From: Eledone cirrhosa
Taxonomy: Eukaryota
Reading direction: 5' to 3'
Assembly: GCA_964016885.1 (NCBI GenBank)
Contig: OZ024743.1
Location: forward strand, 189,224,001-189,288,000
DNA length: 64,000 bases
In this document: positions 50,657 through 64,000 of the stretch, piece by piece
How the letters are laid out: every line of letters begins with the position of its first letter
Numbering within the stretch: position 1 is the first letter of the stretch
The notes under the pieces: model-generated
Seen by the model: the letters and a program-made list of their open reading frames with translations, nothing else
Told to the model about the DNA's origin: nothing
Database searches by the model: none
Position numbers and translations under genes: made by a program

Positions 50657-51730
50657 GTATATGTGCATGCTACTGTACGTCTGTATACATATATGTATGT
50701 ACGTATACATGCATACTTACATTTAAGTAAGTGCCATACTAAGAGTGAGAAATGAAATTTCGTTTTCATTTTGTTTCAATTTATCGTTTTCGGTATGCCT
50801 AACCGATTTAACTCACTCAATATGCAAATTAGGCTGCTCAGCCGTTAATTTTCATAAGGAAAGTATATACTTTCGAACGTTCAACTATCTGGCAGATGGG
50901 TAAACGGTGCTGATGATAGCTAACAAGCTTGAAACTAGTACATCGTTCCTGTGTCAGTGTTGAACAAAAAGGTGACGTGGTTGCCTTAACACCGTATGGC
51001 ATAAATTCAGGCTGTTCAGTTTGTTTACAAACGAACAAAGCGACGTTAGCGCCGCTAAACTGATACGTGCATATATGTATGTGTACCTGTATGCATATGT
51101 ATATATATGTGTATATATATATATATATATATGTATATGTGCATGCTACTGTACGTCTGTATACATATATGTATGTACGTATACATGCATACTTACATTT
51201 AAGTAAGTGCCATACTAAGAGTGAGAAATGAAATTTCGTTTTCATTTTGTTTCAATTTATCGTTTTCGGTATGCCTAACCGATTTAACTCACTCAATATG
51301 CAAATTAGGCTGCTCAGCCGTTAATTTTCATAAGGAAAGTATATACTTTCGAACGTTCAACTATCTGGCAGATGGGTAAACGGTGCTGATGATAGCTAAC
51401 AAGCTTGAAACTAGTACATCGTTCCTGTGTCAGTGTTGAACAAAAAGGTGACGTGGTTGCCTTAACACCGTATGGCATAAATTCAGGCTGTTCAGTTTGT
51501 TTACAAACGAACAAAGCGACGTTAGCGCCGCTAAACTGATACGTGCATATATGTATGTGTACCTGTATGCATATGTATATATATGTGTATATATATATAT
51601 ATATATATGTATATGTGCATGCTACTGTACGTCTGTATACATATATGTATGTACGTATACATGCATACTTACATTTAAGTAAGTGCCATACTAAGAGTGA
51701 GAAATGAAATTTCGTTTTCATTTTGTTTCA

Positions 51731-51736
<6 letters not shown>

Positions 51737-51771
<35 letters not shown>

Positions 51772-52085
51772 TATGTATATACACGTACATATACACACAC
51801 ATATACATATAATCACACATACTATATAGACACACATATATATAACCACACACATACATGCACATATACAACACTTACATACTAATATACATACAGATAT
51901 ACACATACATAGCTATATATACACACAAATATATACAGACTTACATATATACATACAGACAAATACTTACGCATCTATATATCGGTATATACATACAAAC
52001 ACCACTACACTATCACACAACTTAGAAATACAAAGAGAAAGGTATATACCTATACACACATACATATACAAATAGAAAAACATAT

Positions 52086-52124
<39 letters not shown>

Positions 52125-52415
52125 TATATATATACATATCTATATATAACATATATATATATATATATATATACATACACATACATATACACATACACAC
52201 ACATACACATACACACACATACATACATGTACACACACATAGAAATATATACGCATACACACATACACACATACATATAAAGTCATACACACACAAACAC
52301 CTACACGAACATACACATACACATATATAATGATATATATATACACACACACACACACACAACACATACACACATACACATATATATAAAAAAAATAAAT
52401 AATAAAGATATATAC

Positions 52416-52466
<51 letters not shown>

Positions 52467-52862
52467 CATATATACATAAACATACTCATACATACACACA
52501 TACATAGACATATATGTACATACATACACGTACATCGATATACATACATATATATATACACACATAGACATATACATACATACACACACAACTTACATAC
52601 ACTCATATATATACATGTATATTCATACATAGAATTAGATATATAATCATACATACATATGCACTTACTTATACTCATATATACAAATACATACGCATCC
52701 ATATATGCGTATATACATAAAAACGCCACTACAACCTCACCTAACTCAGACATACAAATAAAAATAAAAAGGCATATGTATATACATATATACACGCATT
52801 AATAGAGACATATATATACATACATATATATATGTCTCTATTAATGTATATATATATGTATG

Positions 52863-52947
<85 letters not shown>

Positions 52948-53064
52948 GTATATATGTATATATATGTATATATATATATATATGTATGTATATATATGTA
53001 TATATGTATATATATGTATATATATATATATATGTATGTATATATATATATATATATATGTATG

Positions 53065-53155
<91 letters not shown>

Positions 53156-53160
53156 ATATG

Positions 53161-53198
<38 letters not shown>

Positions 53199-53202
53199 TA
53201 TA
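51737..53202. repeat. Low-complexity (CA/TA)n then (TA)n tract
   Basis: Directly visible. Contains a diverged ~110-bp direct repeat at ~51969 and ~52692. Confidence 0.85.
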
Positions 53203-54695
53203 TCATTGCGGGCAGCCTCACCACTTCCACTCTGGAGCAGAACATCTGAGGCAATATCATGGTTCCAAAAATTACCCGATAAACACCACACTCGCTTCCT
53301 GCAACTCGACATAGAAAACTACTATGCCTCTATCTCGGAGCCCCTCCTGAAGGACGCAATTAACTTTGCCAGGAACTTTACCACCATTACCGATGCTGAG
53401 CAAGTTGTTATCCTCCACGCTCGTAAGACATTTCCATACCACAATGGATCTTACTGGATCAACAAGAAATCTCAGACCCCATTTGACGTTAGCATGGGGG
53501 CGAGTGACTCGGCTGAAATTAGCGACCTTGTGGGCCTGTACATCCTACATAACCTGAAGAACCTCTTTACCGGCCTAACGGGAGGTTTATACCGAGACGA
53601 TGGCCTCTTCGCCCTGCATAAGGTTAACCCCAGAACCACCGATGGGTTTCGGAAAAACTTAAGCTCTTTCTTCTCTAATCTAGGATTTAGTATAACTATA
53701 GATTCTAATTTGACTAGGGCCAACTTCTTAGATGTCACTCTCGACCTAGATACTTCCCTCTATTACCCGTACCACAAACCTAACGAGTCCCTTAAATATA
53801 TTAATGTTAATTCAAACCACCCCCAAAACATCACTGATAACATGGTAAAAAGCGTCTCTATTAGAATATCTGGCCTCTCCGCCAACAAAGATATTTTTAA
53901 TGCATCTGCCTCCTACTACAATGACGCCCTCGCCCGTAGCGGATTTAAAGATAAGATAACTTACCTAGAAACCACCGCAAGATTGCAGAGGAGGAATAGA
54001 CATAGGCAGATTAGCTGGTACAACCCTCCCTTCAATAGAGAGGTTTCTACTCCGATAGCTAGGATTTTCTTCACTTTACTGAAATTACACTTCCCCATTC
54101 AACATAGGTACCACACCATCTTTAATAAGAACACAATAAGACTGTCTTACTCCACCACACCTAACCTAGCTAGGAATATAGCCAACCACAATTCTAAAAA
54201 ATTAAATAAGCCAACCACCTCCGAAACCAATCCCCGGACTGGGGCTCTATGTAATTGCCTAAATAAGGAAGCATGCCCACTTGAAAACAAATGCCTCACA
54301 AATGATATCGTATACAAATGCGATGTCATCTCAGGCACCGAGGATTGCAAAAAAACTTACATCGGCATGACCTCCAACAACTTTAAGACCCGTTGGTATG
54401 CCCATACCCACTCCTTCAGAAGACCGGATAAATCAAATCAGACAACACACGCCTCCTACGTTTGGGACCTCAAAAGGAACTCCACCCCCGTCACGCTTAA
54501 ATGGAAAATACTCCAGAAAGCGCGCTCTTACAACGGAGGACACAAGGGCTGCGACCTTTGTATTTCAGAGAGCTACGAAATTTTATTCGCCAAGGGCCGC
54601 TCCTGAACAAACTCTCTGAACACTGCCCGAACTGCATGCACAAGAACTTTGCAACTTTCAAACACTTTAAGCCAGTGTTAATGCCCGATGGCTAA
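53203..54695 (+). mobile_element. 5'-truncated Penelope-like retroelement: RT plus C-terminal GIY-YIG endonuclease
   Basis: Open frame of ~465 aa: [69 protein letters not shown]...YIGMT...FKTRW..H, CDLCISE. A single frameshift near 54597 moves LLNKLSE...CMHKN into another frame. Inserted in (TA)n. Confidence 0.93.
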
Positions 54696-54839
54696 AAAAA
54701 ACCTCCCCCTATTGGCCCCTATACCTCCTCCCCACCCTACCCCCACCCACCCTCAACCTGAAATACGGCCACTATGGTTATGTGAGTACCTCTTTCGTAT
54801 CTACATTTTCTGCCTGTAGAGGTGTTTTTATGTGCCTGC

Positions 54840-55138
54840 GTATATGCGTATATTTATTGAGTACTTATTTATTTGTATGTGTATATATATATTTGTTTGT
54901 ATGTGTGTATATGTATGTGTATGTGTATATATATATATATATATGTTTGTGTGTATATGTGTTTTATGTGTGTATATTTATGTATGTATATGTATGTATA
55001 TATGTATATATATGTATATATATATATGTATGTATATATATGTGTGTATATATGTGTACGTATGTGTATGTGTATGTATGTATGTATGTATGTATGTGTA
55101 TGTGTATGTATATATGTATATATATATATATATATTTG

Positions 55139-55191
<53 letters not shown>

Positions 55192-55224
55192 CTATATATA
55201 TGTGTGTGTGTGTGTATGTGCGTA

Positions 55225-55257
<33 letters not shown>

Positions 55258-55302
55258 GTGTGTGTGGGCAGGTGTGTGTATATATATATATATATATGTG
55301 TA

Positions 55303-55336
<34 letters not shown>
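54840..55336. repeat. (TA/TG)n tract
   Basis: Directly visible. Confidence 0.9.
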
Positions 55337-55337
<1 letters not shown>

Positions 55338-55390
55338 GTTAGAACACGAAAAGTGTGAAACACAGAATGTTCACTTTTCGTGTTCTAACA
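55337..55390. repeat. Perfect 19-bp inverted repeat hairpin (16-nt loop)
   Basis: TGTTAGAACACGAAAAGTG ... CACTTTTCGTGTTCTAACA. Confidence 0.9.
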
Positions 55391-56058
55391 TATATACCTA
55401 GCTTCTTTAAAAAATTTTCGGGGATAGCCGTGGTGGTGGTGATCGTATGTCATTGGCTAATTTTCAACCAATCAGAGTACCTCTCTCTATATCTCTTCCA
55501 CTGTTACTTACGCCTGTTTCTCTCTATCTGTTCCGTCTCTATATATATCTCTTACTCTTTCGCTTTGCACTCCTCCCCTTCAATACCATCTCTCCCCCTC
55601 TCTATATATTTGTTACTCTATCGCTGCACGCTCCTCTCCTTCAATATATCAATTACACACGCTTTACACTCCTTTATCCCCAGCGCCCCTATATATACTC
55701 CCCCCTCTCCCGCATCTATATTTTAATGTACCGTTGCACCGTGAATATATGTGTCTATATATATATACATATATATTGTATATACACATTCATGTATGTA
55801 TATACACTGGTTTTATGTGTGTATTGTAAATTTGTACTGTTAAAACACGAAACTAACATTCGATTGACACTTTGATTACCTGTACAGGCAATAGTTATTA
55901 GAATGCTGTTGAAGTGTGTATATATTTTTGGGGGACATCCTGTATATACACACATTATATATAATACAATAAACAGATAAATACACACATATATATATGA
56001 GCTTATTTAATTATAAATATTGTGAATTTTTAACTCAGTTCAATTATATATATAAATG

Positions 56059-56105
56059 GCTTCTACGGGACTAGAACTGTTTCATTCGAAAGAAATCATC
56101 ATAAT
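56059..56105 (-). ncRNA. Degenerate hammerhead, paralog of 60580-60630
   Basis: Minus strand: ATGATGA-TTTCtttcGAAT-GAAA-CAGTTCTAGTCCC-GTA-GAA. C3 is mutated to A and stem I is eroded. Confidence 0.55.
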
Positions 56106-56304
56106 ATTGAGAGGGGGGACTAGATAAAATATTTCAAATCAAATGTGTATAAGTTATAAGTTAAAATGTATAAATAGAGACGATAGTGGAGGTATATCTG
56201 TTTAGTGGAACAGTAGACGATAGAATTAAATACAGACGATAATCTCCCTTTAATGAAACAGCAGACGATAGAATTAAGGCAATTTAAATTTTAAGCATTT
56301 GCAT

Positions 56305-56357
56305 TTTTGCCTTTCATCGTTACGGGGTCGATAAAATAAAGTACCAGTAATACACTG
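56305..56357 (+). mobile_element. SINE core fragment
   Basis: TTTGCCTTTCATCGTTACGGGGTCGATAAAATAAAGTACCAGTAATACACTG. Confidence 0.75.
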
Positions 56358-56713
56358 TCACTAGACGACTTTCAAATTGAATTGTTGGTTCCATTTCTTT
56401 AGTATTTTCAATTGTAGTTATCTACTTAAAAAGCGTTACACGGTTAGAGACATAATTCGTAAGTTATATCTTCCCTATTAAACCATTGCATTATTTCGCC
56501 TACAATAGAACAAAAATGAAATGTTCTTTAAAGAAACAGGAATATAACTTTATAAAAAAAAAAGTTGCATCCGCTTCTTTTATCATTGATAATTTTTTCG
56601 TTTTAATATTAATTGTTTTTTGTAGTTGTTTATATTAAAAATCTTACTGTAATATTTACTTAAACGAAGGCAAACATCTAAACTTATAGATTAATCTTGA
56701 GCGAAGGACTAGA

Positions 56714-56784
<71 letters not shown>

Positions 56785-57176
56785 GAAGAATGATAAAATT
56801 TCAAGCAAAGAGTTTAATTAGGTATATTTTGTAATATTATTAACTAATTATTATAATTAACGCGCATATTTTGCTATCCTCAAACACGTTTACACATGGC
56901 ATGAAATATAACTAATCCGAGATGGCTAGGTTTCATCTTCTAACTGGATAAACGAAATCCATTATGTCTTGACAACAACATGAGGTAACATTATGTTATT
57001 CACAGACACACTTTGTACACTGTTCCATATCAGAATGTATTTCCTTCGTCACATTCACAAACAGTATTGAAAATATGTTCTTCGGCAAATAAAAATGTTT
57101 TGTTCATAATATTTCAACTAGCGATTGCTCTACTTCACGCACGACCACCATAAATTAATGACCAGCTCAACACAAG

Positions 57177-57345
57177 TATTGGTAGAGCGTCAGACACCAT
57201 GCTTTGCAGTATTGTTATGGTCCTTTGCATTCTAAGTTCACATCCTGCCGAGGTTAACTTCGACTTTCATACTTACTAATTCGATAAAATAAAGTACCAG
57301 TAATGGACTGCCGTAATGGATTTGTGCCGAAAAATAGAAACACTA
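57177..57345 (+). mobile_element. Diverged SINE copy
   Basis: GGTAGAGCGTCAGACACCATGC...GCCGAGGTTAACTT...GATAAAATAAAGTACCAG...TAGAAACA. Confidence 0.75.
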
Positions 57346-57898
57346 TTAATGTGCAATAAGAGCAAAATATAACGACATTGCTCAATTATTTTATCTAATG
57401 TTGTAATAACACAAGGAAATGTTGTTTGTGTATTTTTTTTTATATTTGCTCATAGGCTTTTACAATTTCGCTCAGCCAACAACTATTAAAAAGTGAGTTG
57501 CTTAAGATAACAATTTAATCACAAATTGTTGCTATCTTTTAATACACTCCAACAAGTCATCAAATTATGTACAATAAAAACAAATCTTATTAATTTGCTC
57601 AGGGAATATAAAGAAAATGTATATACACTGATAATTGCAAATGTATGTAAATATTTTGTTTTTGTATTGTATATTTTATGTTTTCTATTATGTATAATAT
57701 ATTGATTTAATATTGATTGTTTTTTGTAGTTGTTTATATTAAAAGTCTGAAAATATTTTTATACATCTTACACTAATATTTATAAGATAATTTATAATAA
57801 CAATTACATAATCTAATTACATTACAACGATAATTTATTATTAATATATATCCTGTTTAACTAGAGTTATTACAAGCGTTGCCTTAAAAAAATATTAA

Positions 57899-58851
57899 AC
57901 TAGACATGAAAAATGCGCAAGCTCAAAAGTGCCACAGAATGTTATAATAAACCTTCAAAAGTGTGGGACTAGAGTTGTTGCTAAAAAATATTGTAATCAT
58001 TATATATCGTACATCTGTGGCATCCTTTATAAAAATAGCTTAAACCAACGAAGCCTTTATTTTTACGCTATTTCACTTAGTTAATTCTTAGAGTGTAACA
58101 TATAAAAATAAATACATCTATGTTTAATGTAATAACAGCTATAAATAATTACGTAATATTATTATCATATACTCATAGTAACAAAATAATTGTGTTGAAA
58201 CTTAATATGATGCTTATATGAACGATCAAATCTATAATGATAATTTCTTAAATATACTAATAGTAAAATAATTTAGTTATCTATTGTTACATTTTCATAG
58301 AACTATAATATTAACAATCGTATTGCATTATCAAATTTTTATCACTACAAACTTTCATATTGGAATTACCTTAAGCCACTTATTACTTCGCTTTCGTACT
58401 TTTACAGCTGTAGATATTGCGCTGTATCTTATATCTAATATCAATATCTCGTGGTAATTTGCATGAAGTGTAAAATAGGTTTATTAATAACTTTAATATG
58501 AAATGTATTATACAGGGCTGCGGAGTCGGTCAAAAATTGACTGGCTCCAACTCAGGATCCGATACTCCATTATTTCCTAAATTTCAGCTCCGCAGCTCTG
58601 TTATTATATTAATTAATTTATTTTATAGTTGTAAATCATATTTTTATATGTTACACTCTAAGAATTAACTAAGTGAAATAGCGTAAAAATAAAGGCTTCG
58701 TTGGTTTAAGCTATTTTTATAAAGGATGCCACAGAATGTACGATATATAATGATTACAATATTTTTTAGCAACAACTCTAGTCCCACACTTTTGAAGGTT
58801 TATTATAACATTCTGTGGCACTTTTGAGCTTGCGCATTTTTCATGTCTAGT
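57899..58851. repeat. ~212-bp near-perfect inverted repeat (57899-58110 / 58639-58851)
   Basis: ACTAGACATGAAAAATGCGCAAGC...CATATAAAAATA and its reverse complement, with about one indel. The right arm abuts (TA/TG)n. Confidence 0.92.
58513..58600. mobile_element. 88-bp hAT-type MITE
   Basis: TIRs CAGGGCTGCGGAG and (reverse complement) CAGAGCTGCGGAG. 8-bp TSD GTATTATA / TTATTATA. Confidence 0.7.
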
Positions 58852-60120
<1,269 letters not shown>

Positions 60121-60579
60121 GTATGTTTTTTTTGTGAGTGTGTCTGTTGATTTTTGGCATATAGTTGATTAGTTTAAGAGAAGTTCGAAGATAATTGTAA
60201 GATATGCACTCAGTATTTTGAACCTGTCTACAGAATTCTCTAAACCTTTGTCACTTAGTAGAACCTTAATGATTTTAGCTTTTAAAGAATCTCCCTTTTC
60301 TTTAATTCTATCGACCATGACTGACCCCCCACTGATCTTATAGACATCTGTTAGCTTAAGAGAAACTTAATGACAAGGAATGGTATGCCATCCGGAACCT
60401 GTTTATAGAATTCTGTCTGCCCTTGTTACTCTAAAAAATAAAAATAAACTATAGCTTTGTAGAATTAGCTTTTAATGAATTCCCTTTTCTATCAACCAAT
60501 GACCTACACCCATCCCACTCCCCACCCTCTCCTACCACTTGTAGAGACCTATAAATACCATTTTTATTTTTTGACACCC

Positions 60580-60630
60580 AGATTCCTGATGATTTCTAAA
60601 GAATGAAACAGTTCTAGTCCTGTAGAATCT
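60580..60630 (+). ncRNA. Type I hammerhead ribozyme, predicted cleavage GUA| after 60624
   Basis: AGATTC-CTGATGA-TTTCtaaaGAAT-GAAA-CAGttctagtcCT-GTA-GAATCT. 6-bp stem I and 4-bp stem III. Confidence 0.85.
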
Positions 60631-60712
60631 CTTCTATATTAAAACTTTTATACTCTGCTATGTATTGAGTACCTTACTTACTGTGGTTACCTCCGATTCA
60701 ACCCGGAATAAC

Positions 60713-62081
<1,369 letters not shown>

Positions 62082-62253
62082 AATATAATATGTTGAGAAG
62101 GTAACACACCAGAGAGATATATATAGTGCGTTATCAATAATACAGGGAAAAAACCACCAGTGTATGGAATCTATAACCTATGAAAGGCAGACTATAGACA
62201 CGATAATTAAAAATATAAATTAAAGCGTAAATAAATACCTTTATAACTATATA

Positions 62254-62332
62254 ACACACGTACAAATCCAAAGATATGTTTCACCAGAAAATTTGTTGAA
62301 AGAAATGGTAGTCTCGGTTCATCAGCGTGTGT
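62254..62332 (-). ncRNA. Type I hammerhead ribozyme
   Basis: Minus strand: ACACACG-CTGATGA-ACC(G)AGA..loop..TCTGGT-GAAA-CATATC-tttg-GATTT-GTA-CGTGTGT. 7-bp stem I and 6/7-bp stem III. Confidence 0.88.
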
Positions 62333-62792
62333 AAGGCTATACATTTCAGACAACACTAAGAGAATTTTACAATTGACTGTCCAGCTACACGAGGGAGAGA
62401 GAAGTCACAGCGTGTTTAAGGGCAGTGAACCAGTGGCCTCTGAGAGACGAACTGCTAGAAAGGGCAGCCCAAAGCCACTCAGAGAAGTGTGCTCAACCAA
62501 ACAGAGATAGGAAAGACTGTTGTTAGGAGCGAAATATCACGATAAATTAACGTAGGCATAGGCCGTCGTTATTCCCTGTAAATAATGTGCTCAAAGGGGA
62601 AGAGATCCTGAGCCCTTTAAAATATAATATGTTGAGAAGGTAACACACCAGAGAGAGATATATAGTGCGCTATCAATAATACAGGGAAAAAACCACCAGT
62701 GTATGGAATCTATAACCTATGAAAGGCAGACTATAGACACAATAATTAAAAATATAAATTAAAGCGTAAATAAATACCTTTATAACTATATA

Positions 62793-62871
62793 ACACACGT
62801 ACAAATCCAAAGATATGTTTCACCAGAAAATTTGTTGAAAGAAATGGTAGTCTCGGTTCATCAGCGTGTGT
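62793..62871 (-). ncRNA. Type I hammerhead ribozyme (identical copy, +539 bp)
   Basis: Same sequence as 62254-62332. Confidence 0.88.
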
Positions 62872-63103
62872 AAGGCTATACATTTCAGACAACACTAAGA
62901 GAATTTTACAATTGATTCCATACAATAGATTCCATACACTGGTGGTTTTTTCCCTGTATTATTGATAGCGCACTATATATCTCTCTCTGGTGTGTTACCT
63001 TCTCAACATATTATATTCTAAAAGGCTCAGGATCTCTTCCCCTTTGAGCACATTATTTACAGGGAATAACGACGGCCTATGCCTCCGTTAATTTATCGTG
63101 ATA

Positions 63104-63169
63104 TATATATTATATATATATATGTATATATATATTATATATATATATATTTTATATATATATATATAT

Positions 63170-63222
<53 letters not shown>

Positions 63223-63600
63223 ATATATAGATATATATATATATTATATATATATATATATTATATATATATTATATATACATATTATATATACATATTA
63301 TATATATATTATATATACATATTATATATATATATTATATATATATTATATATATATTATATATATATATATTATATATATATATATATTATATACATAT
63401 ATATATTATATATATATATTATATATATATTATATATATATATTATATATATATTATATATATTATATATATATTATATATATATATATATTATATATAT
63501 ATTATATATATATATATATTATATAATATATATATATAATATATATATATATATAATATATATATATATACATAATATATATATATATATAATATATATA
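63104..63600. repeat. (TA)n tract with T interruptions
   Basis: Directly visible. Confidence 0.9.
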
Positions 63601-64000
63601 TGACTTATTATCTTCGTTTTTTCGTTCATTGCCAGAGAACGTCTCTATGCACCACCTAAGAGAACATTAGTCTACGACCTCTTTTATACCATAAACGTGG
63701 TTCTGTCTTTGCGCGTAATTGTTTTTCACCGCTCCTATTAATGACGTATTATTCGTTTTTTCCCGTTCTTTGCCAGCGAACGTCACCATGAACCAAAGTA
63801 TCGTCTTTCTGTCTTCCTCCGGTTGCAACGTTTTTTGAAATATCCAGTTCTGCGTTTACAGATTGACTTTGTTAGTTTCAGAAGATCCCGTTAAGGGTGA
63901 AAGCAGCGATTCTTTGCTTAAACTTTAATCTGTTATTTTAATAAATATATATACTATATATATATATTATATATATATATATCATATAATATATATATAA

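Larger units (their letters stand above)
46925..51736 (+). repeat. Right arm of the array (inverted, ~10 units, HHR sense on plus)
   Basis: Reverse complement of the left-arm unit. HHRs start at 47093, 47569, 48045, 48521, 48997, 49473, 49949, 50425, 50903 and 51379. One unit is 478 bp (extra TA). Confidence 0.97.
62078..63103 (-). mobile_element. Non-coding HHR element: ~1.55 tandem copies of a 539-bp unit plus an inverted segment
   Basis: 62078-62377 is repeated at 62617-62916. 62925-63103 is the reverse complement of ~62535-62713. Flanked by (TA)n on both sides. Confidence 0.85.

Noticed and set aside
42571-51721. Repeated 135-aa and 61-aa ORFs in the 476-bp units
   Set aside because: They run through TA microsatellite (YIYI), have no recognisable domain, and recur only because the DNA unit repeats. 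The 135-aa ORF is antisense to the ribozyme.
42141-51736. CRISPR-like array
   Set aside because: Units are identical along their whole length with no unique spacers, no cas genes, and the context is eukaryotic.
54604-54606. In-frame TGA as selenocysteine in the PLE ORF
   Set aside because: The conserved C-terminus continues in a different frame, so a 1-nt frameshift explains it better.

Overview
AT-rich, repeat-dominated animal genomic DNA. The SINE family and the huge (TA)n tracts suggest a cephalopod such as Octopus (inference). The only convincing host gene is an intronless tetraspanin (22820-23488, minus). The first ~28 kb holds tRNA-derived SINEs, decayed CRE-like and RTE-like LINEs, MITEs and a Helitron-like element. 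From ~28 kb on, the window is a mosaic of giant (TA)n tracts with Penelope-like element (PLE) pieces: a GIY-YIG fragment and a nearly intact RT+GIY-YIG. The main finding is a 9.6-kb array of near-identical 476-bp units (42141-51736). Each unit carries a type I hammerhead ribozyme (HHR) with a palindromic stem III, giving 20 HHRs arranged as a 10+10 fold-back palindrome joined at a 5-nt microhomology. This looks like a retrozyme / ribozyme satellite that could yield ~476-nt self-cleaved, possibly circular RNAs. An unrelated 539-bp HHR tandem with a PLE-type inversion (62078-63103) and several further HHR motifs lie nearby, next to the PLE enzymes that could mobilise them. All folds were paired by eye; activity, expression and mobilisation are inference.
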